A stretch of DNA of 64,000 nt from Felis catus. Taxonomy: Eukaryota. The position numbers and the translations under genes are program-made. The notes under the pieces were generated by a model. The model worked only from the letters and a program-made list of their open reading frames with translations, did not search any database and was not told the origin of the DNA. Within the stretch, counting starts at the first letter, position 1. Each line of letters begins with the position of its first letter. The DNA lies in the NCBI RefSeq assembly GCF_018350175.1, contig NC_058368.1, positions 198,464,001 through 198,528,000 of the forward strand, written 5' to 3'. Shown here in pieces: positions 54,065-64,000 of this stretch.

Positions 54065-54334
54065 TCTATAAATACAGTCTAGTACTATTTTCTCTTCCTT
54101 GCGATTTTCCTAATAACATTTTCTTTACTCTAGCTTACTTTATTGTACGAACACAGTATAATAGATACAACATGCAAAATATGTGTTAATCTGCTGTTTA
54201 TGTTATGGGTAAGGCTTCCAGTCAACAGAAGGCTATTAGTAGTTAAGTTTTGGGGGAGTCAAAAGTTATACTTGGATTTTCAACTGTGCAGGTTATTGGC
54301 ACCCCTAACTCCCAGCTATTCAAGGCTCAGCAGT
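54065..54334. mobile_element. Tigger2/MER8-like DNA transposon end
   Basis: ctctagcttactttattgta...ggctattagtagttaagttttggggg...ttcaagg followed by TA. Confidence 0.75.
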
Positions 54335-54707
54335 ACTTGGTCCCTGGTGACCTCCTCACCTCTCTCCCTGGATCCTATGATTCGCCCACACTGTCTGTCC
54401 TTGAATACTACAGTTTGTTTCTTCCTCAGGCTTGTTGTGCTGGAGTCCCTTTTTCTTTGAAAGTTCTACTCTCAGAATGTCTCAAGGTTGCCCTTTTTGT
54501 ACCATTCAGGCTTCAGGTCAAAGGTCATCTCTTCAGACAGGCCTTTCCTGACCATCCAGTAGGATCTTCCATCTGTCACTCCATTACAGTATTCTATTTT
54601 TATCTTCATCACCATTACCAGTATGTAAAGCCATCCTACTTATGAATTTATATTCCAGTTGGGGAAGGCAGACAATGGCAGTTTGAGGTCGGAAACATAG
54701 GGTTCAT

Positions 54708-54943
54708 GGAGCACCTGGGTGGCTCAGTCGGTTAAGTGTCTGACTTCGGCTCAGGTCATGATCTCATGGTTTGTGAGTTGGAGCCCTGCATCACACATCA
54801 GACTGTTCTGACAGCTCAGAGACTGGAGCCTGCTTCGGATTCTGTGTCTCCCTCTCTCTCTCTCTCTGCCCCTCCCCAACTTGCACTCTGTCTCTCTCTC
54901 TCTCTCACTCTCAAAAATAAATAAACTTAAAAAAAAAGAAAAG
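54708..54943 (+). mobile_element. Can-SINE
   Basis: TSD gaaac[a/t]tagggttc. Confidence 0.9.
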
Positions 54944-55393
54944 AAACTTAGGGTTCGCTACTGTATCCCCAGCACCTAAGATAGTGCCTGGAAAACTATA
55001 GGGAAAAAAACGTCAAACTGCTACAGACTTTGTACTTATTTCAGTTGGCCCTTGATGCCACTGGGCCATCCTTCTGTGTACTTCGACCAGCTTCTCCTAT
55101 TTCTCCAAAGTGGATACTGCAAATGTCTTCCACTCCTCAGGCTTTCCCTTGGGTACTGGTCTCACTCTCCCAGATGAAATGACTTCCCCTGAGGCCCTTC
55201 TACGTTGATACCCAGACATGTCAGAAAGAGAGGAGCCTCTTTGCCTTGCTTATGATTCCCTTGTCCCCTCCCCCCTCCTCTGGGCTTTCATCCAGCCAGT
55301 TACCCCTTCCTGGGTATTCTCCAGTCTCTCAGAATCCATGCTCCATCGGCCTGAAATCAAGTGTGCCCCATCTTTTTAAAACAAGACCTCCTA

Positions 55394-55628
55394 GGGGCGC
55401 CTGGGTGGCGCAGTCGGTTAAGCGTCCGACTTCAGCCAGGTCACGATCTCTCGGTCCGGGAGTTTGAGCCCCGCGTCAGGCTCTGGGCTGATGGCTCGGA
55501 GCCTGGAGCCTGTTTCCGATTCTGTGTCTCCCTCTCTCTCTGCCCCTCCCCCATTCATGCTCTGTCTCTCTCTGTCCCAAAAATAAATAAACGTTGAAAA
55601 AAAATTAAAAAAAAACAAAAAAAAACAA
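55394..55628 (+). mobile_element. Young full-length SINEC_Fc
   Basis: GGGGCGCCTGGGTGGCGCAGTCGG head; perfect TSD AAAACAAGACCTCCTAG at 55378-55394 and 55629-55645. Confidence 0.95.
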
Positions 55629-56644
55629 AAAACAAGACCTCCTAGACCTTCTGTCACCTTTGAGCTGGTTATTCTCATCCCCTCACAGCCCATGTCCTTG
55701 GATTTGTGGTCTGTATTCAGTTGTCACCCTCCACACTGCTGCAGAGTGACTTTTGCCCTACCACCGACTCTGCCCTTGGTTAGGTCGGTCAGCCTCATTG
55801 CTAAGTCTGTACTTCACCTTTACCTTCCTTCACCTATTCAGCATTTGACATAAGCTTCTCATCAGGAAAGCGTGAACTGTTGTTGTTGTTGTTGTTGTTT
55901 TTCTTAGCCCTTTCAAGAGGACCAGCAGAGTTTTATTCAATTCCATGCATTCTCTATGGGGGCAGTGTCACCCACAAGGGGACAAAAATTGGTCCTTATA
56001 GAGAAAAAATTGCATATAATTTAAGATTATGTAAAATTTTAGCCATTAGATAATGGTTCCTGGCCCTCCGAAGGCCCACAGTACACAAACAGACACATGG
56101 TGTATCTGTAATATTAAATTTTCATGGGGGAGAAGGACGAGAATTGGATGAAAAAATGTTTTAAAATACCCTGGGTGGGGGGTGCTGCAATAATAAAACA
56201 GGTGGGAAAGAGTGCCGTAGTCGGCTTCATGAATTGCTCATCCAGACCCCCATGCATAGGGGCTCATTTGAGGAGTCCAGTAACAGCTAGGCTTGGAGTC
56301 TAAGAAGGTTCCCTAGAAAGAGTGGTCTCTCAACCTGGATGAGAGGGATGATGGAGTGGGGCAGATGAAGCTTTGGGCAGGGAAGGTAAGGGGGGAGTTG
56401 GAGTGTTCCCTGCAACAGAATGGCATGTTGCAGGACCTGGAGCCAGAATTCTGTGATTGCAGGACACAAAGGACTCTGTGTGGCTTCAGTGCAGAATCCA
56501 GGGGACAAAGTGGGAACATGAGGCTGGAGAGGTGAGCATGGAAGGCCTTGTGTGTCATTTTTGTTGGGACAAAATAACATTTTCAAAGCTGCTTGAATTT
56601 TTACCAGTTGCTCTAGGAGTGAACCAGAATTCTGGGGGTGCTTT

Positions 56645-57110
56645 CTTCAAGTTTTTTATTTAAAGTCTAGTTAGTTAACAGACAGTGTTATATTGGCTTC
56701 AGGAGTAGAACTTAGTGATTCCTCACTTACAGACAACACCCAGTGCTCATCCTGACAAGTGCCCTCCTTAGTGCCCATCACCCATCTAGCCCATCCCCCA
56801 CCCACCTCCCTACATCACCTCTGTTTGTTCTCTATTATAAGAGTTTCTTATTGTTTGTTTCCCTCTCTTTTTTTTCCCCTTCCCACAAGTTCATCTTTTC
56901 TGTTTCTTAAATTCCACATATGAATGAAATCATATATTTGTCTTTCTCTGCCTGACTTATTTCACTTTGCATAATACACTGTGCTCCATCCGTATCATTG
57001 CATATGGCAAGATTGCATTCCTTTTGATGACTAATATTCTATTGTGTGTGTGTGTGTGTGTGTGTGTGTATACATCTTTATCCATTCATCAGTTGATGGA
57101 CATTTTTTTG
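56645..57110 (-). mobile_element. Carnivore L1 3' end fragment
   Basis: acaacacccagtgctcatc; cttaaattccacatatgaatgaaatcata; tccattcatcagttgatggaca. Confidence 0.85.
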
Positions 57111-58728
57111 TCTCTTTAAAATCAAAAGTCCTGCTGAAGATTTTTGTTTTGTTTTGTTTTACTTCCAAATTAAAGTTTAAGTTCTATTCTAGAATATAGG
57201 AGTTACCTTCATTAAGACCAAAATAAGTGCCTTTTTTACTTTTTTTTTTTTTTTTTTTTGCCTTTTTTACTTCCTACTTTTCTGACTGGACCCACAATAA
57301 GAAATATAGTTAGCACCTCCACCCAATGAACACACATGTGCACGTACTGGCACAAAACACTTAGCTTTACTACATGTGATACAGTCTGATGGTCTCTATT
57401 CAATTCCATTTAGCTTAACACTGAGTCTTGCAACTCACTAAGTTGATTTCAGTACCCCCAATTGGTCATAAACCACAGTTTGGAAAACAGTTAACTTTTC
57501 ATGTTATTAAGCAAGGTGGTTTACCATCTTTATGGGATGAATTACTTCTCTGCAGAGACTGTGATGGTCTGAACTGGTTTTTCTCCCACAGCAGTGGTGA
57601 GACATTGAGGAGGTAGGGAAGTGAGAAGTAAGGCAAGGTCAAACAGCATGGCTCATGTCAAAGGATAAAGAGGTTAAGGAAGATAAGAATGGAAGCATAG
57701 ATTTAGGAGCAAGGGTGTCTCTGACGTAACTAAGGGGAGAGTCAGAGGCAAGGTAGGGGCAGAAGTGAAAGTCCAGTGGGTCGGGGAGTGAATATTGCAT
57801 ACAAACTACAATTTCAAGGAGCCAGGTGGGAGGGTTTGGAAATAATTTCCTTGAGGCTGACATAAGCTCTGAAAGGCTTGTTTTGTTTCAATAAGATGCT
57901 TTTAAGAAAACTGACCAATAGTCTGCTAGAAAGGAGAGAGCTGGTTGGCAAGGGTTTCTGAGGGGGCATGGCTGATAGAGCTGAGAACTAGATGCCCAAT
58001 ATCATGTCTTAAACATTTCTTTTGAAGAATTCATGAATAAGGTTTTGTTCCACATTGGAGCCTGCTATCAACTAGGCTTTGGGGGAATTAAGAAAAGGGG
58101 CTGTATGCATGCTTTGGGTAAACCAGAGCCAAGGACCTCTGCTGCCTGGAGAAGCAGTCATGAGATGACAACAGACTGTAGCAGCAGTCTGGAAGGAGAT
58201 AAAGGGATGGACACATTGGAACATGCACCCAGGATGTTTGAAGGGATATTTGACTGGACCTCTTTACAATCTTGTAGGCTGGAGTCAGCCCTGCAGTTTA
58301 GCTTTGGAGCCAAACTCCCATTAGGGAGTTTATACTTTATATAGGAGCCATAAGAAGTACTATTACATTTTAACAGGGTTTGAGAGGCCAGAGAAGGCAG
58401 TCTTCCTAAGACACAGCTTAGATGGCATCATCCTTCCTCTGATCAAGTACTTGCAGTGGTTTGAAGCTCTCTTATGGGAAAACTGTTGCAGTCATACAAT
58501 CTGATCTTGACAATTCTGTCTAAAGCTACATTATAGGATTTCCTTCATCATATATTCCAAACTCTTTGGTCTGAGATTCAAGGCCCCCACCAATAGGACC
58601 AAAAAGATAGGTGGGGAGGGTTGCTCTGGATGGTCCCTATCCTCTAGACTAACTGCTCTGTTGTCCTCCAAGCACTCCTGCTTTTTCCCCCCTCATGCTA
58701 TTTCTTTCATTTGAGATGCTTTAATAAT

Positions 58729-59205
58729 ATAATAATGGGATGCTGAATCATGGCCTTCCAAAAGATGTCCACGTCCTAATCCCTGGAATTTGTAAATGCT
58801 CCCTTACTTGGTGAAGACATTGCAGATGTGATTAAATTAAAGGTGTTGACATGAGGTGATTATCCTGGGCCCCAAATGCCACCATAGGTGTCTTTATAAG
58901 AGAAAGGCAGAGGGAGATTCCATACACACATACACAGAGGAGAAAGCTGAGCACAAAGAACATGGAGCAGAGAGAGATTGCAGATGCTGATCTTATTAAG
59001 ATTTGAGTGATGTGGCCGCAAGCCAAGGAATCCCAGCAGCCACTAGACACTGGAAGAGGTGAGGAATGGATTCTTCTCAGGAGCATCCAGAGGGAGTCAG
59101 CCCTGCTGTTGGACCATTGGTCTCCAACACTGGGAGAAGGTAAACACCTGTAGGTAAGCTGCACAGTTTTTGGTCATTTGTTACAACAGTCACAGGAAAC
59201 TATAC
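58729..59205 (+). mobile_element. MLT1 (MaLR) solo LTR
   Basis: aaagatgtccacgtcctaatccctgg...gcagatgtgattaaattaa...gccaaggaa...tttgttacaacag...ggaaacta. Confidence 0.8.
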
Positions 59206-61092
59206 GGATGTCCTCATCCTCATCTTACTGCTGATGCTCTGATGTCCTTCCTTTAAGGCGCAACACTCCCTCTCCCTGTTGACTGCCCACATAATTTCAG
59301 CAGAAAATAATCGTCCTGCACTTGCTGGGTTTGAGGTTCAACCTGCACCTTTGTTATAAACTCCTGGGTCTAATTTTACACATTATGAAGCTAGGTACTA
59401 TGCTAAGAATCATGGGACATAGAGCAGGTGTTCAAGAGCTAGTGAATGAGAAATGCTTTGAAAGATTCTACTCATTCGTTTGGTTTCTATGTGCTCATGA
59501 CCCTTCAGGTCCACAAGTCTGAAGAGACAGCTTATGGTTCCTGATGGGAGTTATCATCCTGGAATCAGGTTTATCTGGCAGTGCTCAGGAATGGGCATGC
59601 TAGGGGAAGAAGTGCAGATTCAGAATGAACCCCAACTATGTTTACCCTGCCTTCCCCGAGTCCTTCTTGCTGGACTCACCAATGTACCCACTGTCAGGCT
59701 CATCACTGCTTATGTTCCTGAATCCACTGTAGCCAAGGCAAATGACTTACCAATAGCCTCAGTTCACTGTTGCAGTGAAGCCAACCTTCCCAGACCCTGG
59801 GGCATAACTACACAACTGGGTATTGGCCTGCCCTCTTGAGTCTCCAGCCAAATTCCAAATCAGAGCCCTTCTTACTCTGGGAGTTAGCCCAATGTGTAAG
59901 GCTTAACATTGGCCAAGATTCTTTCCTCACTTTGATTTCTCCCCTGCCAACTTCCACAGCCCTTCTTAGGGCCTGGACCCCGTCCTGAATCTTAACCCAT
60001 GGCTAGGGCTAGGGTACCTCTTTGGAGCCCACCTGTTCTTTCTGTAGGCATGGATCCTAGTTTCTGTGCTCTCCACCTGCTAGCCAGGCTCCTGCCAGAC
60101 TGTCTGTCTTCTGAGTTCAGACACCACCTGGGACCATTGCCTGCCATGGAATGATGGTCTGTAACCATTGCCCAAGTGGCTGTGCCCTTGGACATAGTGG
60201 AGCCTGCAGTGCAGCCAGTGAGAACAGCCAGGTAGCCTAGCCACCCCACCTCATCCTCCTTTTCTGGACATTGATTTTATGAGCACCAGGAGATTCTAAG
60301 CACCATTGATTTTCTGAGCACCATTGATCTTGAACCATGTGTCTGTTCACTTGGGCCCATCTAATCTCTAACAAATCTACTACTTCATGGTGGTTAAGAA
60401 CATGGAATAGGGGGGAATCCTTTGGTGTGTTACTTCACCTGAGTATATTGCAATTTCTTTGTCTCTACAATGGGGGTGTAGTGACAAAATATACCTCCCA
60501 AGGATGTTGGGAAGATTGGATTTGATTCTGGCCATAAAACACTTTCTCCATAAGGCATTGTGCTAAGTGATCAATAAATACAAGTGTTTGCAGTTGCCTT
60601 TCTAGATCACAAGGCTGGAAACTTGAAAAGTTATTTGTTTTGTATCAAAAACTTCAATCTTTTTTCTCTGCTAATCTTTAGAATCCTCATGAAAAAGCAT
60701 ATAAATCTAATTTTTTTGAGCAATACAGTTTACTGAAACCAAATGGTATTTAAGTGAAATAAAGTATAAAACAGTGGACACAGAAGAATGCTTTTGACTG
60801 TCATCGAGTGTTTGGTACAAGATTTTTACCTCCAAAATAGGACATCTACAAGCATCTGTCTTTGGCCCGCATTAGCACTCCCATTTGAAGAGATGTTTTC
60901 TAAGATATCAGAAGCTCCTTTCAGTTGCTAGGCAAGAAAAAAAAAAGCAAAGCATGACATATTAGCTTCAGACTTGAAATAAGCAGAGATCTTCTCAGGA
61001 TCTGTACTGAGCTGTAAAACTAAATCCAGATGTGATGTGACTTGGTGGTCGGAAAGTGAAGCCAAGAGGGGTTGCATATTTTTATGTGATAA

Positions 61093-61106
61093 CTGCCCTC
61101 TGGTGG
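61093..61106 (-). promoter_or_regulatory. Candidate CTCF site (reverse)
   Basis: Reverse complement CCACCAGAGGGCAG matches the CTCF core. Confidence 0.55.
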
Positions 61107-62386
61107 GAAAGACTAGAATTACACTGATAAGAGAAAACTATCTGAAATTCTAAACGAGCAATTCTTATTCATCTTGCCTTTTGACTTCATATTCCAAATA
61201 AAAGTCCTCATACACTAAACCCGTTTTACTCTTTGGTCTAACCTTTGAAGGTTTTAGTTCATTCTTATTGGGAGGGGGGAGCAAGATGAAGATTGGGAAA
61301 TTTTTAAAGAATAAATGTTTAACCCTTGCTTTCTGATTGAAAACTGCCAAGTGTAAACTGTGCTGATTCTACATAAATATACCTAAAGAGGCATAATAGT
61401 AGTGTGATTAAAGGAACAGTTTTTAGGAACATAAAAACCTATATTGATTCCTCACTCCATTTGCTCCAGGGCAAGTCAGAACCTTTCTAAGACTTAATTT
61501 CTTCTATGCCAGGAAAATGGGAAAAATACATACACCTCCTAAGGTTGTTTTGAGGATTAGAAGGGATATCAAACACTTAGAATAGAACCCAACACATAGG
61601 AAGTGCTCAACAAATGTTAGATATTATTATTTGTAACACACAAGAGGAATGAAGCTCTTTGAGGGGAAAGCCGACCCATTTCGGTCAGTAGTGGCTATTT
61701 TTAAAAGAATAGCACGTAACATTGCCCATATTTCTTTAAACATTAATCAAGGTCTTGGCAAATATAAGATGTTACTGGGTAACTCTACAAGCCACTAATT
61801 CTGTGCAGATAAGGTTCAGACCAAACCAGACCCTGGGAGGAATGTAGTAAAGCTGCACTATCACACCAGGACTGTCTTTATCAGCTAAGATCAAATGATT
61901 TTTTTCCCCTTTTCCACAGTTTGCTTTTAAGCCCTTTGGTGGTATTAACATTACTTTTTAGTAGCTGAGCAACTAAGCTTGAGAAACTCAAGCCTGCTTT
62001 TTTAACCTGAGGGAAATTCCAAGGAAATTGGAATTTCTACAGCTTGCTCACAAATGGTTGCTGGGGGGTTGTGAGATATTTCTGCCACAACATGGTGTAA
62101 CTGAGAGGTCAGATAAGGATGTCGCATTAAAGAAAATGCAGGATTGGACGTAGTAGGGTGGAGAGTAGCATGAAGACCAGCAGTGAGGTGCAGAGATAGA
62201 AGCCAGGATCCTAATTAGCTTTGTAACCCCGGGAAGATCATTGTAAACTCATAAACCTCATTTTCAACGGGAAAAGAGAACGAGGGACTGCACTAAACTT
62301 ATAAGGTCTCCTTCAAATTAAAAAAAAAAAATATATGAAGGAGAAAAGAAAAAGAAAAACAGAAAAGACTTAGGGAGTATGCTGAT

Positions 62387-62387
<1 letters not shown>

Positions 62388-62428
<41 letters not shown>

Positions 62429-62433
62429 CACAC

Positions 62434-62517
<84 letters not shown>
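62388..62517. repeat. Compound (TG)n/(TA)n/(CA)n microsatellite
   Basis: Directly visible. Confidence 0.95.
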
Positions 62518-62519
<2 letters not shown>

Positions 62520-62734
62520 CCTGCCAGAGTGCTCTCCAAAACGTGATCATTTTCCTCCTTGTGCACCACTTCTGAACCCGGCAACTCCCTTCCTATCCAT
62601 TTCACAGTACCATCCAGGATTACCTTATCTTCAGCAGTGCCTCAAAAGCACATTTTTTATCTGAGGGCCATCAGATAGGAGGAGTTAATTAATAGGTATT
62701 CATCCTCATGATGTTGTAGGAGAGATTCCCATGT

Positions 62735-63260
62735 TTCTACATTATTCCCCCACACTCTTGGAAGACCTGCTTTGTATGTCCTCTTCTCTGAATGTCTGAT
62801 CCAATGGCACCCATAGCTGGGCAACTACTATGTGGCCTCATCCACAGTCCAGGTGACTGGACCCAGGGTGGACCCCTGACAAGAGCTGAGCCAAGCATGT
62901 TCTTTAGGGGATATGGAATCAAGATTCTGAGACAAGCCCTTATAAACCCTTGGACTGAAGTGTGCATAGGGTTGAAGTGGTCATTTCCTTCCATGAGAGG
63001 GCCAAGGCAGAGAGGGTCAGTCTGTATTTCTGCCTCACTTTCTTTCCTCTGTAAGGAATAGCAGAAACAAGGATGCACACAGCCTCAGAGAGAATATTTT
63101 CCTTGCTGTTAGGAATTCCCTAGAAACCAAAAAATTGCTAAGAACCAATTCCCAAGCTGCTTGGTAGTCTTGTGCTCTGGGAAACAATATTTGTGTCATT
63201 TGGATACAATTATCTCTATTTCTAGAGCTAGTCTGAATAGGTTTCTGTTAGCCTTTAAAA
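62735..63260. mobile_element. Old MLT1-type LTR
   Basis: gtgactgg...ctgagccaa...ctagtctgaataggtttctgtt resembles old MaLR LTRs. Confidence 0.5.
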
Positions 63261-64000
63261 AGAAAAAACCTACTGGCAAAAGATCTTTGGTTATTTATAG
63301 TGGGGCTCAAGACCCCAATGAGTCCATGACTTGAAGCACTAACTCTAAGAAAGAGTATTTCAGACACAATACAGGCTATTAGAGACATATTTTGGGACAG
63401 AAGGATCTTCCTGGGGTCCATCAAATTCACAAGCAACTTCCTGGGCCATCTTCCTGGCCTTGGGAATTCTAGAGGGACATGCTTGGCTAAGCTGTGTCAT
63501 TTGTAAAACAGAGAGTAAGCAAGATCTTAGATCTCATAGATGGAAAAAAAATAAATAAAACTCAAGATGGTATTTCTATAGCCTAGACTCAGAAAATTCT
63601 CTTTGAAGGGACTCTTGGAGGAAGAAGGAACTACTGTTCTCTGTTCCCATGTTCATGGCCCATCTATTCAAACCCCATGAGAGGAAGTGTTGCATGACAG
63701 TCAGAACACAAGCTGCCGAGCGGGTTGTCTAAGTGCAAATCCTGACTCCACTCCTAACCGGAAGAAGTTCCTTAGTATCCACCCCACTGGATTCTTAGAA
63801 CACCAAAACGGTTCATATGCAGAGTATCTTGTAGGTACCAGACACAGTTCTGTGTCTTCTACATAAAAATAAAAGCATGTATGCATGTAAAGCATTAGCT
63901 TATTGGTCACGGGGGGAACTGGAGAGACCACTAAGAAACTGGATGTGTGGGTTGTATACATGTGTGGAACCCATGCTTAGTACTTTACGTGTAATGTCCA

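Noticed and set aside
1201..63961. Remaining short ORFs of about 60-150 aa
   Set aside because: They derive from SINEs, L1s, LTRs, microsatellites or chance, and many have non-ATG starts.
1..64000. CRISPR arrays, operons or other prokaryote-type systems
   Set aside because: The DNA is mammalian throughout, with no repeat-spacer array or foreign gene-dense segment.

Overview
Mammalian genomic DNA from a carnivore, almost certainly a felid (young SINEC_Fc-type Can-SINEs and an L1_Fc 3' end), matching the SNX18-HSPB3 locus. There are two minus-strand protein-coding genes. SNX18 has a CpG-island promoter and a large exon 1 (CDS 10685->9065); its intron 1 runs off the left edge. HSPB3 is intronless (51163->50711), with a composite TATA/MEF2 element and an ATTAAA poly(A) signal. 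The rest is mostly interspersed repeats: Can-SINEs, L1, L2, MIR, LTRs and DNA-transposon relics. I see no novel multi-gene system. The most interesting signals are: (1) a tailless, TSD-flanked retrocopy of exactly the 5' half of tRNA-Gly(GCC) at 31261-31295; (2) an apparent 1-nt frameshift in the intron-read-through C-terminus of SNX18; (3) a convergent pair of CTCF-like motifs and muscle-type motif clusters around HSPB3; (4) several retrotransposition oddities. Repeat family names come from recognition by eye, and repeat boundaries are approximate unless TSDs are quoted.
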